Origin: a virus
Taxonomy: Duplodnaviria > Heunggongvirae > Uroviricota > Caudoviricetes
DNA length: 25,074 nt
IMG/VR virus record: IMGVR_UViG_2684622619_000026
Reading direction: 5' to 3' (one strand)
The notes under the pieces are model-generated. The model was not told the DNA's origin. It saw only the letters and a program-made list of their open reading frames with translations, and made no database searches. Made by a program: the position numbers and the translations under genes. Within the stretch, counting starts at the first letter, position 1. Every line of letters starts with the position of its first letter. Shown here piece by piece: positions 1-8,256 of this stretch.

Positions 1-318
1 ATGAAAAAGATAGCTGCTATATCATTAATTAGTGTTTTTCTTATGTCTGGTTGTGCTGTGCATAATGATGAGACAAGTATCGGTAAATTTGGTCTTGCAT
101 ATAAAAGTAATATTCAGCGTAAACTCGATAACCAATACTACACCGAAGCCGAAGCTTCTTTAGCCAGGGGCAGAATATCTGGTGCAGAAAATATAGTAAA
201 AAATGATGCAGCCCATTTCTGTGTTACTCAGGGCAAAAAAATGCAGATAGTTGACCTGAAGACAGAAGGTGCAGGATTACATGGCGTCGCTCGTCTGACA
301 TTCAAATGTGGAGAGTGA
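1..318 (+). CDS. small lipoprotein, probably host-encoded, flanking the prophage
   Basis: Complete 105-aa ORF; N-terminal hydrophobic segment ending in lipobox L-M-S-G-C; lies outside the att core at 477-503; AT-richer than the phage backbone. Confidence 0.55.
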   Translation: MKKIAAISLISVFLMSGCAVHNDETSIGKFGLAYKSNIQRKLDNQYYTEAEASLARGRISGAENIVKNDAAHFCVTQGKKMQIVDLKTEGAGLHGVARLTFKCGE

Positions 319-476
319 GAATATTTTTTGGTAAGCGTCAAACATGCGCGTTCTGGTTGTGCTTAGCCGGAACCTGTGCGAGCACGATGCCGTTACGTGA
401 AAGGCATCGTGCTATGAAGGGAGATTCTATCGATGTGGTCAATGGAAGACGGTTATCAGGGATAGGGCTTATGCAT

Positions 477-503
477 AAAAAATAAGCCCGTGTAAGGGAG
501 ATT
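477..503. other. P2-type 27-bp attachment core (int-proximal prophage-host junction)
   Basis: Sequence AAAAAATAAGCCCGTGTAAGGGAGATT matches the P2 att core as I recall it; lies about 80 bp beyond the 3' end of int, and the DNA on its far side encodes a non-phage lipoprotein rather than ogr. Confidence 0.6.
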
Positions 504-582
504 TAGGGTGTCACCAGTAGGGGCTTTCAACGGTACAATGCGGGTTTGAGCGGCATAAATTACCACTGAAAGCCCTTAAACG

Positions 583-1596
583 TTACTCTACTGTGGACAC
601 TGTGTGGACACTCTCGGCCTCAGTACCACCTCTTAGCGGATTAAGAGAAATGGCGTCCTGAAGGTACTCTGGCGCAAAATGAGCGTAAACCATAGTTTGC
701 TCAATCCGCGTGTGACCTAGTATCCGTTGTAGCGTGATAATACTTCCTCCATTAATCATGAAATGAGTGGCAAAGCTGTGCCTTAGTGCATGTGTGGCTT
801 GCCCCATTGGCAAATCCGGTTTTATTGCTTTCATTGTTCGTCTGAAGCGAGGGTAATCAGCATCAGGGAATAAAAAACCTCGTTTGTTATCCGCGATCAT
901 TTTGGCAACAGCCTCTGAGATCGGGACGGTGCGTGGTTTGTTTGTTTTCGTTTTAACAAACGTGACGCGGTTATGGATGATATTTTCTGCTTTCAAACGA
1001 GCTGCTTCTCCCCAACGTGCTCCTGTACTTAGGCAAAGAATCGCAATCTTTTTATTGTCGCCGTCAAGTGCTGCAAGCAGTAAGGCTATTTCTTCCTGTG
1101 TGAGATAGCCTGTTTCTGGTTTTTCCTCCTTAAGCCTCTTTGTCCCTCTGATAGGATGCTCACCAAAGAATAACTCCGCTTCAATCAGGGCTGTAAACAT
1201 GCCGCTAATACATGTTAAATCACGATTGATACTCGAAGGTTTAATACCCTGACTTCTTCGGGTGGCGCAGTACTGGCTGATAAGGGATTTCGTGATTTGA
1301 AATGCGCATGGGTCATTCGTTATTTTTGTGAAGATTTCAATTTTTCCAAGATTAGATTTCCCATGCTCTTCGTGTTTACCCTTTAAATCCCACCAGATCT
1401 GTGTCAGTTCCGACAGACGTCGTTTGTCTGTTGGTTTTGATAGCCATTCTTTATTGTGGTGGTTGTACAACGTGTATTTTTCGAAAGCGACAGCTTCGCT
1501 TTTCTTATCAAACTTCCTACGGATGCGTTTTCCGTTACGTCCAGTAGGGCGGATGTCCACTTCATATCGACCATCATCGAGTTTTTTGATTGCCAT
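583..1596 (-). CDS. int: tyrosine integrase, P2 Int family
   Basis: 337-aa ORF; C-terminal catalytic signature HALRHSFATHFMINGGSIITLQRILGHTRIEQTMVYAH (R..H-x-x-R..H..Y); N-terminus MAIKKLDDGRYEVDIRP typical of P2/186-type integrases; adjacent to the att core. Confidence 0.95.
   Translation of the reverse strand: MAIKKLDDGRYEVDIRPTGRNGKRIRRKFDKKSEAVAFEKYTLYNHHNKEWLSKPTDKRRLSELTQIWWDLKGKHEEHGKSNLGKIEIFTKITNDPCAFQITKSLISQYCATRRSQGIKPSSINRDLTCISGMFTALIEAELFFGEHPIRGTKRLKEEKPETGYLTQEEIALLLAALDGDNKKIAILCLSTGARWGEAARLKAENIIHNRVTFVKTKTNKPRTVPISEAVAKMIADNKRGFLFPDADYPRFRRTMKAIKPDLPMGQATHALRHSFATHFMINGGSIITLQRILGHTRIEQTMVYAHFAPEYLQDAISLNPLRGGTEAESVHTVSTVE
592..610. repeat. two direct repeats TGTGGACA (592-599 and 603-610), candidate integrase arm-type binding sites
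   Basis: Exact 8-bp direct repeats with 11-bp periodicity inside the last codons of int, about 90 bp from the att core; P2 Int arm sites are, as I recall, direct repeats of this kind. Confidence 0.45.
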
Positions 1597-1711
1597 CAGA
1601 AAACCCTCCGAGTGGTACTTTTTTTTGCTACTACTAATCGCTTTTTTCGTGGTGGCTGAAATTTAGCCACCAATAGTAGGCACTTGTGATGAATATATTC
1701 ACGATAAATTG

Positions 1712-2011
1712 TTAACCAGTCTTTTGACCGGAGTGGGGCGACGTTGTTTCGTTTTGCCCAAAGTGTGCGAGAGCGGGCGCAATTTGCCCGGCTTCTGGAG
1801 CTACCTGATCAGTCATGAACCACAAAGTATATTTAGTAAATCTAGGATGTTGTAAGACCTTCATTATGGCTTCAACTCCAGCGTTTTTTGACCGGCTCTC
1901 ATAGCTCGAAAGTGAGCTGTAGGCTACACCAGTTAATTCACTGAATTCTTTACGGTTTAACCTTTCAGATTCACGGATTAGCTTCAACTTCTCCGAAACG
2001 TCTATTGACAT
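1712..2011 (-). CDS. C: immunity repressor C (HTH, P2 C family)
   Basis: Start moved to the internal ATG at 2011 (GGAG 7 nt upstream), giving 99 aa; HTH region LSRKEFSELTGVAYSSLSSYES; C-terminus QFTKYTLWFMTDQVAPEAGQIAPALAHFGQNETTSPHSGQKTG matches P2 C as I recall it; divergent from cox and upstream of int as in P2. Confidence 0.85.
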   Translation of the reverse strand: MSIDVSEKLKLIRESERLNRKEFSELTGVAYSSLSSYESRSKNAGVEAIMKVLQHPRFTKYTLWFMTDQVAPEAGQIAPALAHFGQNETTSPHSGQKTG

Positions 2012-2132
2012 AATTACTCCGATTGCGTAATTTCTTGCTGATAGTGTGAAATGTTGTGCTTCTGGAGTTATCCTTTTAGGCAATAATTAGCCATTAGGAG
2101 CCATTAGAAGCACTAAGGGAGAATCGTAGCAG
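2012..2132. promoter_or_regulatory. lysogeny/lytic switch region between C and cox (expected Pc/Pe promoters and operators)
   Basis: Intergenic region between divergently coded repressor and cox; contains direct repeats AGCCATTAG at 2089-2097 and 2099-2107 just upstream of the cox RBS; promoter elements not confidently resolved. Confidence 0.45.
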
Positions 2133-2408
2133 ATGAATAGACAGCTTGTAAGCGTGACTGATGCCGTGCCTTATCAGGAGTTTGCAAAACTCATTGGTAA
2201 AACTCCAAGAGCTGTAAGGGGCATGATTGAGAAAGGGAAATTACCAGTTATTGAGATTACTGACCCTCAGTCAGTATCGGGGCGTGCTGGTGAATATTGG
2301 GTATACCTTCCGGCATGGAATAACGGACTAAAACTGGCTTATGAAAGCCGTCCTAAAGAGATTCGTGACGGCTGGTTGATGTGGTTAGGTCTCGGTGAAC
2401 CACGTTAA
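2133..2408 (+). CDS. cox: Cox-like excisionase/transcriptional regulator
   Basis: 91 aa, the size of P2 Cox; motifs PYQEFAKLIGK and AGEYWVYLPAWNNGLKLAYESRPKEIRDGWLMWLGLGEPR match my recollection of P2 Cox; RBS AAGGGAGA upstream; position immediately opposite C. Confidence 0.8.
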   Translation: MNRQLVSVTDAVPYQEFAKLIGKTPRAVRGMIEKGKLPVIEITDPQSVSGRAGEYWVYLPAWNNGLKLAYESRPKEIRDGWLMWLGLGEPR

Positions 2409-2418
2409 GGAGAACCGT

Positions 2419-2589
2419 ATGAATGAGCCTCGTTGTATTGCTCAGTTATTGCGTAACGAAAGCCCCAGGGCGATTGACTTCACCATCACCCACGGTAAGG
2501 GGCGTAAGGGAATCATTATCCGCACCAAAAAACAGAGTCCGTTAAAAAAGGCTCTGACCTTTCTGAAAAGCCGGAGGGTCTGGAAATGA
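2419..2589 (+). CDS. small basic hypothetical protein (P2 orf78-position)
   Basis: Strong SD AAGGAG 7 nt upstream of the ATG at 2419, so this start is preferred over the GTG at 2395 in the ORF track; 56 aa, lysine/arginine rich; stop overlaps the next gene start. Confidence 0.5.
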   Translation: MNEPRCIAQLLRNESPRAIDFTITHGKGRKGIIIRTKKQSPLKKALTFLKSRRVWK

Positions 2590-3086
2590 CAGTGATGACG
2601 CTCAATCTCGTTGAAAAACAGCCAGCAGCTATGCGCCGGATAATTGGCAAGCATCTTGCCGTCCCTCGCTGGCAGGATACATGTGATTATTATAATCAGA
2701 TGATGGAACGCGAACGGCTAACGGTTTGCTTCCATGCGCAGTTAAAACAGCGTCACGCAACGATGCGTTTTGAAGAAATGAACGACGTCGAACGTGAACG
2801 GCTGGTTTGTGCAATTGATGAATTGCGTGGGGCATTCTCAAAACGCCGTCAGGTTGGCGCAAGTGAGTATGCATATATTAGTTTTTTAACAGTCAGTCAG
2901 CGTCGTACTTTATTTATGCATGCCGGATTGACTGAAAAAGAATTCAACCAGCCATACTGGCGAATTAATGAAGAATCATGTTACTGGCGTGATGCTTTAT
3001 TCCGTGCATTACGTGAATTATTCAGCCTGTTTGAGTATGCACCGACAATTCTGACGTCGGTAAAACCAGAGCAATATCTGCATTAA
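2586..3086 (+). CDS. B: replication gene B-like protein
   Basis: 166 aa, the size of P2 B; synteny (cox, small orf, B); GGAGGG upstream of the ATG; identity is by position and size recollection, not a verified alignment. Confidence 0.6.
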   Translation: MTVMTLNLVEKQPAAMRRIIGKHLAVPRWQDTCDYYNQMMERERLTVCFHAQLKQRHATMRFEEMNDVERERLVCAIDELRGAFSKRRQVGASEYAYISFLTVSQRRTLFMHAGLTEKEFNQPYWRINEESCYWRDALFRALRELFSLFEYAPTILTSVKPEQYLH

Positions 3087-3107
3087 ATAATTAACCAGAG
3101 TTTTTAA

Positions 3108-3135
3108 CGCACTTAATCGTGCGGGGCTTCTTTTT
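3108..3135 (+). terminator. weak intrinsic terminator candidate downstream of B
   Basis: Short stem CGCAC/GTGCG (3108-3123) followed by GGCTTCTTTTT; stem is only 5 bp. Confidence 0.25.
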
Positions 3136-3149
3136 GCCTGGAGAAAGTC

Positions 3150-3374
3150 ATGCATACAGTTTCTGAAAACAAGTGCGGTAAATACGCATTACTGCTGCAA
3201 CAGGCCAGAGCCGAAGCACAGGCCGACGCAGCGACACGCTTTTCTTCTCATCTTGACGCCATGATTCGCCATATCACAAAGGCGGAGTTATCCCGCGTGG
3301 AGATAGTCGAGCTGCTCAGTCAGGAGTCGGAAAAATTTCACAATATCGGATTGTCTCGCGGGGAGGTGCTTTGA
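3150..3374 (+). CDS. hypothetical early protein (P2 orf80-position)
   Basis: 74-aa ORF with GGAGAAAG upstream; stop overlaps the next start. Confidence 0.6.
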   Translation: MHTVSENKCGKYALLLQQARAEAQADAATRFSSHLDAMIRHITKAELSRVEIVELLSQESEKFHNIGLSRGEVL

Positions 3375-3673
3375 TGTCCTGTTCTCATTCAGTTGTATTA
3401 CTGAATAACGCCTTAAAAATCGCCGTTATGAAAAATGGCGATTTGTCTCTTATTCAACTTTGCCTTGATAAAGAAAAACGCGACATAACTGAATCTGTTA
3501 TCGCGATTTATCAGAATGAATTAAACCTCCTGTCTGATGTGGTCAATTTACTTGTTAAACGCGCTGTATTCCACAAGCAAATTTCCTCAGTGGATGAACT
3601 GACAAAATTAACGACAGAACTTGCCAGTTATTGCGCTGATGTATCCAGGAAACTTAACGATAAAAGGAGCTGA
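3371..3673 (+). CDS. hypothetical early protein (P2 orf81-position)
   Basis: 100-aa ORF, ATGA start/stop overlap with the upstream gene; AAAAGGAG precedes the following gene. Confidence 0.6.
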   Translation: MMSCSHSVVLLNNALKIAVMKNGDLSLIQLCLDKEKRDITESVIAIYQNELNLLSDVVNLLVKRAVFHKQISSVDELTKLTTELASYCADVSRKLNDKRS

Positions 3674-3675
3674 TA

Positions 3676-3900
3676 ATGCCGGACAACGTAGATTTTATTC
3701 AGGAACAACAGGCTGAATTACTGGAGCGCCAGATTAACGCGGCAAGGGTAAAACATTGCGGTGCTTCTGCGCTGGTTTGCGAAGAGTGTGACGCGCCAAT
3801 ACCTGCTGCCCGTCGTGCGGCTTACCCGTCAGCCACGCGTTGTGTTTCCTGTCAGTCAGTCTTTGAAGCAAAAAACAAACGTTACCGGAGAACGGCATGA
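3676..3900 (+). CDS. TraR/DksA-family C4 zinc-finger protein
   Basis: 74 aa; motif CEECDAPIPAARRAAYPSATRCVSCQ (C-x2-C-x17-C-x2-C) closely parallels the TraR zinc finger; AAAAGGAG SD. Confidence 0.8.
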   Translation: MPDNVDFIQEQQAELLERQINAARVKHCGASALVCEECDAPIPAARRAAYPSATRCVSCQSVFEAKNKRYRRTA

Positions 3901-4172
3901 GTATTCGTATTGAAATTGGCGAACGTTATGTCGTTACCAGTGACAGCTTTCAGTTTATTCTCCACGAGAAAAAGAGAGCGGAAAGCGGTAAAAACGCCGG
4001 TCAGGAATGGCTGGCGGTGGTTGGTTATTACCCGAAATTAAGCCAGCTCGTTTCCGGCCTGATGCATCACGATATTCTGACCGGAAGCGCAAAGTCTTTT
4101 GCTGATTTAAACGCGCAGGTTGAGCAACTCAGCAAGCGTTGCTCAGAGGCTTTTGGCTCATATGGCCGTTAA
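3897..4172 (+). CDS. hypothetical early protein (P2 orf83-position)
   Basis: 91-aa ORF, start overlaps the stop of the upstream gene; 3' end overlaps the start of gene A. Confidence 0.55.
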   Translation: MSIRIEIGERYVVTSDSFQFILHEKKRAESGKNAGQEWLAVVGYYPKLSQLVSGLMHHDILTGSAKSFADLNAQVEQLSKRCSEAFGSYGR

Positions 4173-6444
4173 AGCCTCCGGGCGTTTTGTCCCTCCGTCA
4201 GCATTTGCTGCAGGCACCGGTAAGGCGTTTACCGGTGCTTATGCATGGAACGCGCCACGCGAGGCCGTCGGGCGCGAAAGACCCCTTACACGTGACGAGA
4301 TGCGTCAGGTGCAAGGTGTTTTATCCACGATTAACCGCCTGCCTTACTTTTTGCGCTCGCTGTTTACTTCACGCTATGACCACATCCGGCGCAATAAAAG
4401 CCCGGTGCACGGGTTTTATTTCCTCACATCCACTTTTCAGCGTCGTTTATGGCCGCGCATTGAGCGTGTGAATCAGCGCCATGAAATGAACACCGACGCG
4501 TCGTTACTGTTTCTGGCAGAGCGTGACCACTATGCGCGCCTGCCGGGAATGAATGACAAGGAGCTGAAAAAGTTTGCTGCCCGTATCTCATCGCAGCTTT
4601 TCATGATGTATGGGGAACTCAGTGATGCCTGGGTGGATGCGCATGGCGAAAAAGAATCGCTGTTTACGGATGAGGCGCAGGCTCACCTCTATGGTCATGT
4701 TGCTGGCGCTGCACGTGCTTTCAATATTTCCCCTCTCTACTGGAAAATATACCGTAAAGGGCAGATGACCACGAGGCAGGCATATTCTGCCATTGCCCGT
4801 CTGTTTAACGATGAGTGGTGGACTCATCAGCTTAAAGGCCAGCGTATGCGCTGGCATGAAGCGTTACTGATAGCTGTCGGGGAGGTCAATAAAGACCGTT
4901 CTCCTTATGCCAGTAAACACGCCATTCGTGATGTGCGTGCGCGCCGCCAGGCAAATCTGGAATTTCTTAAATCGTGTGACCTTGAAAACAGGGAAACCGG
5001 CGAGCGCATCGACCTTATCAGTAAGGTGATGGGCAGTATTTCTAATCCTGAAATTCGCCGGATGGAGCTGATGAACACCATTGCCGGTATTGAGCGTTAC
5101 GCCGCCGCAGAGGGTGATGTGGGGATGTTTATCACGCTGACCGCGCCGTCAAAGTATCACCCGACACGTCAGGTCAGAAAAGGCGAAAGTAAAACCGTTC
5201 AGCTTAATCACGGCTGGAACGATGAGGCATTTAATCCAAAGGATGCGCAGCGTTATCTCTGCCGCATCTGGAGCCTGATGCGCACGGCATTCAAGGATAA
5301 TGATTTACAGGTCTACGGTTTGCGTGTCGTCGAGCCACACCACGACGGAACGCCGCACTGGCATATGATGCTTTTTTGTAATCCACGCCAGCGTAACCAG
5401 ATTATCGAAATCATGCGTCGCTACGCGCTCAAAGAGGATGGAGACGAAAGAGGAGCTGCGCGAAACCGTTTTCAGGCAAAACACCTTAACCGGGGCGGTG
5501 CTGCGGGATATATCGCGAAATACATTTCAAAAAACATCGACGGCTATGCACTGGATGGTCAGCTCGATAACGATACCGGTAAGCCGCTTAAAGATACTGC
5601 CGCGGCTGTTACCGCATGGGCGTCAACGTGGCGCATTCCGCAATTTAAAACGGTTGGACTGCCGACAATGGGGGCTTACCGTGAACTACGCAAATTGCCT
5701 CGCGGCGTCAGTATTGCTGATGAGTTTGACGAACGCGTCGAGGCTGCTCGCGCTGCCGCAGACAGTGGTGATTTTGCGTTGTATATCAGCGCGCAGGGTG
5801 GGGCAAATGTCCCGCGCGATTGTCAGACTGTCAGGGTCGCCCGTAGCCCGTCGGATGACGTTAACGAGTACGAGGAAGAAGTCGAGAGAGTGGTCGGCAT
5901 TTACGCGCCGCATCTCGGCGCGCGTCATATTCATATCACCAGAACGACGGACTGGCGCATTGTGCCGAAAGTTCCGGTCGTTGAGCCTTTGACTTTAAAA
6001 AGCGGCATCGCCGCGCCTCGGAGTCCTGTCAATAACTGTGGAAAACTCACCGGTGGTGATACTTCGTTACCGGCTCCCACACCGACTGAGCATGCTGCAG
6101 CGGTGTTAAATTTAATAGATGAAGGGATTCTAAGTTGGACCGAGCCAGGCATTATGAAGGTACTTAGAGACTTATTGAGTAATGAACTGAAATGCAGTAA
6201 TCGTTCACAGCAGAGCTTTACCCCTTTCAATGGTCGAAGCTACTTTCCTGCCCCATCCGCCCGGTTGACAAGGCAGGAGAGAAAGACTATCCCGAAAATT
6301 AAGGTTCTTCTTGCACAAAGTGACATTCAGGCTAGTTATTGGGAGCTTGAAGCTCTCGCTCGCGGAGCTGTTTTGGATTTTGGGCATAAGCGTTTTAAAT
6401 TTGATAACGATATCGACTTTTTTGACAGACAGCGTGAGTGGTAG
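4162..6444 (+). CDS. A: rolling-circle replication initiator endonuclease A (HUH family)
   Basis: Start taken at the internal Met (MAVKASGRFVPP) rather than the ORF-track start at 4120; HUH-type motif HHDGTPHWHMMLF and tyrosine motif GYIAKYISKNIDGY; about 760 aa as for P2 gpA. Confidence 0.9.
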   Translation: MAVKASGRFVPPSAFAAGTGKAFTGAYAWNAPREAVGRERPLTRDEMRQVQGVLSTINRLPYFLRSLFTSRYDHIRRNKSPVHGFYFLTSTFQRRLWPRIERVNQRHEMNTDASLLFLAERDHYARLPGMNDKELKKFAARISSQLFMMYGELSDAWVDAHGEKESLFTDEAQAHLYGHVAGAARAFNISPLYWKIYRKGQMTTRQAYSAIARLFNDEWWTHQLKGQRMRWHEALLIAVGEVNKDRSPYASKHAIRDVRARRQANLEFLKSCDLENRETGERIDLISKVMGSISNPEIRRMELMNTIAGIERYAAAEGDVGMFITLTAPSKYHPTRQVRKGESKTVQLNHGWNDEAFNPKDAQRYLCRIWSLMRTAFKDNDLQVYGLRVVEPHHDGTPHWHMMLFCNPRQRNQIIEIMRRYALKEDGDERGAARNRFQAKHLNRGGAAGYIAKYISKNIDGYALDGQLDNDTGKPLKDTAAAVTAWASTWRIPQFKTVGLPTMGAYRELRKLPRGVSIADEFDERVEAARAAADSGDFALYISAQGGANVPRDCQTVRVARSPSDDVNEYEEEVERVVGIYAPHLGARHIHITRTTDWRIVPKVPVVEPLTLKSGIAAPRSPVNNCGKLTGGDTSLPAPTPTEHAAAVLNLIDEGILSWTEPGIMKVLRDLLSNELKCSNRSQQSFTPFNGRSYFPAPSARLTRQERKTIPKIKVLLAQSDIQASYWELEALARGAVLDFGHKRFKFDNDIDFFDRQREW

Positions 6445-6533
6445 TTGAAAAAAACGGTCAAACGGGGTAACAATATGTTATTGTTGAGGAATTGTTTGTT
6501 ATAGTTTAATTTTTATACACGGCAGAAAAGCAT
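6445..6533 (+). promoter_or_regulatory. AT-rich leader of the cargo operon with candidate promoter and a short dyad
   Basis: Sharp drop in GC right after the A stop codon; TTGTTT/TTGTTA and TATACA-like hexamers; imperfect dyad AACAATA-TGT-TATTGTT near 6466-6482. Not verified. Confidence 0.3.
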
Positions 6534-7757
6534 ATGAGCATGGTTGAATGGATAAGCCACGAGAAAAAAGATAGCCTGATACTATTTGTACATGGATTAA
6601 ATGGTGGTTTGGAAACATGGAACTTTAATAAAGAAACTTCATTTCCAAAACTATTAGCAGAAGATGAAGACATTGGCAATGTATTTGATATTGCATGTTT
6701 CAATTATTTCACCAAATTTACACAAACGTATGCTAAAACGTCAGGATTATGGGCTCGTATTTTCTCTAAGAAAAATAAGTTAGAGAGAAATTTACCAACT
6801 GATGAAATAGCTGAGTTATTGTATACTGAGATTAGGGTAACGCTAAGTGATTACTCTCGAATTATAATAATCGCCCATAGTATGGGGGGGGTAATATCAA
6901 AAAATCTAATTCTAAAAAAAGTTGAGCATGAGGAACAATCTAATATAATTGGATTCATTTCGTTAGCAGTCCCTCACTTTGGTGCTAAATTGGCGAATAT
7001 AACTTCAATGGTATCTTCAAATGCTCAGTTAGTAGATCTTGGATTGTTAAGTGAAGCGACCGATACGTTGAATAGGCGCTGGATAAATTGTAGCAAAAAA
7101 CTTCCTATCACTAGATATGTTTATGGTTCTCATGACACTATAGTTGATAAAAAAAGCGCATTACCGATGGATAGTGAACGAAATAACTCAATTGCAGTTA
7201 ATGAAGGGCATAGCTCAATTTGCAAGCCCGAAAACAGCTCGTCTACAGTGTTTGTTGCGGTAAAGCAATTTATTCAGCAGATAAATTTAGAAGCACCCAA
7301 GAAGATATGTGTTGAGCGTTTTTCTGATGAGAAACAATATGATAATGAGTATTTCGTCTTAAAAATGATTGTCGCAGATATACATCAGGATATCGCTATG
7401 CATGCAAAGGAATATTATTATAATGCTGAGCTTGCGAGAAATATTTTTACGAGTGATTACGATAGGAAACTACTTGGTCATTTGTATTCTAAAATAAGGG
7501 AGATTTACCAGGAAGAGTATGAGCAATATATCGCGAATTCAATTTCCCCAGATAAATTTATTGCTGCTGTTCATAGACGAATAGCCCAAGAGGATAAGTC
7601 GTCGTTAGATTCTCTTATAAAAAGTTTAGAAACGATACATAAGAAAGGAATGTTGCATCAACTGGCTAACAAAAATGACAGGGATATTGTCTGGTCATCT
7701 GAAACCAGCGTAGAAACTTTGGAGCAATTACGGCGAGGTAATCATGAAGAAAAATAA
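6534..7757 (+). CDS. alpha/beta-hydrolase (serine esterase/lipase-like) effector candidate with C-terminal helical domain; first gene of cargo cassette
   Basis: 407 aa; LILFVHGLNGG (oxyanion-hole-like HG) and nucleophile elbow IIIAHSMGGV (G-x-S-x-G) in the N-terminal ~230 aa; candidate Asp (GSHDTIVD) and His (NEGHSSI); C-terminal ~170 aa charged and helical; about 33% GC versus >50% for the backbone. Confidence 0.7.
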   Translation: MSMVEWISHEKKDSLILFVHGLNGGLETWNFNKETSFPKLLAEDEDIGNVFDIACFNYFTKFTQTYAKTSGLWARIFSKKNKLERNLPTDEIAELLYTEIRVTLSDYSRIIIIAHSMGGVISKNLILKKVEHEEQSNIIGFISLAVPHFGAKLANITSMVSSNAQLVDLGLLSEATDTLNRRWINCSKKLPITRYVYGSHDTIVDKKSALPMDSERNNSIAVNEGHSSICKPENSSSTVFVAVKQFIQQINLEAPKKICVERFSDEKQYDNEYFVLKMIVADIHQDIAMHAKEYYYNAELARNIFTSDYDRKLLGHLYSKIREIYQEEYEQYIANSISPDKFIAAVHRRIAQEDKSSLDSLIKSLETIHKKGMLHQLANKNDRDIVWSSETSVETLEQLRRGNHEEK

Positions 7758-8256
7758 CTTGCCGTATATTCCTCTTGATGAAGAGTATAGCTTGAATTTT
7801 GCTATGCTTGCCATTGCTATATCTATATTATCTCATAGCAAAAAAGGAGTGTTATCATTAGATATTAATAAAATACAAATTTTTATGTATCTGATAAAAA
7901 ACCCATCAAAAATTGATTATGCTCTTACAGTTTCGGGGAAAAAGCCTGCTTGTGTCGAGTCCCAGTTAACTTATACAATAAAGAGTTTTTCAACAAATGT
8001 AGATATCTTATTCGACAATTCCAAAGTGAAATATCTTATAAAAATTATGTCATTGCGGGGATTGCTCTCAGCTGAGAAAAAAAATAATGAGAGTGTTAAA
8101 TTATTTTTATCTGAAAAAGGTAAGGAATTTGCTAGCTCATTGACTGATGGATATTTTAAAGAAATAAAACGACTATCCGAAGCATTGTTACCGCTACAAG
8201 CATTGCCTACCTCTAAGTTAAACTCTGTTATAAATCAAGTCTTCAAGGAGAAATGA
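7744..8256 (+). CDS. small protein, middle gene of cargo cassette (putative adaptor)
   Basis: 170 aa; GAGG SD 5 nt upstream; start overlaps the upstream stop by 14 nt and its stop overlaps the downstream start (ATGA); no recognisable catalytic motif; AT-rich. Confidence 0.65.
   Translation: MKKNNLPYIPLDEEYSLNFAMLAIAISILSHSKKGVLSLDINKIQIFMYLIKNPSKIDYALTVSGKKPACVESQLTYTIKSFSTNVDILFDNSKVKYLIKIMSLRGLLSAEKKNNESVKLFLSEKGKEFASSLTDGYFKEIKRLSEALLPLQALPTSKLNSVINQVFKEK

Noticed and set aside
383-412. Hairpin GCACGATGCC...GGCATCGTGC downstream of the lipoprotein gene as an intrinsic terminator
   Set aside because: A 10-bp stem is present but it is not followed by a U-tract on either strand; could be a REP-like or other structured element, function not assignable.
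319-582. tRNA gene at the integration site
   Set aside because: No cloverleaf-compatible sequence or conserved T-loop (GTTCGAATC-like) motif found; the att core lies in apparently non-tRNA intergenic DNA.
1651-1671. Hairpin GGTGGCT-GAAATTT-AGCCACC between C and int as a terminator
   Set aside because: No U-tract follows the stem in the direction of C-int transcription, and by P2 analogy int is co-transcribed with C, so a terminator here is unlikely.
1712-2083. ORF-track 5' extension of the repressor gene (123 aa starting MPKRIT)
   Set aside because: The internal ATG at 2011 has a GGAG Shine-Dalgarno at proper spacing and gives the 99-aa size expected for a P2 C-type repressor; the extension would run through the switch region.
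4139-6387. Nested or antisense ORFs inside replication gene A (4139-4471 +, 5438-5992 +, 5686-5934 -, 5931-6230 -, 6205-6387 -)
   Set aside because: They overlap the long A reading frame, which has clear HUH and catalytic tyrosine motifs; no independent start signals.
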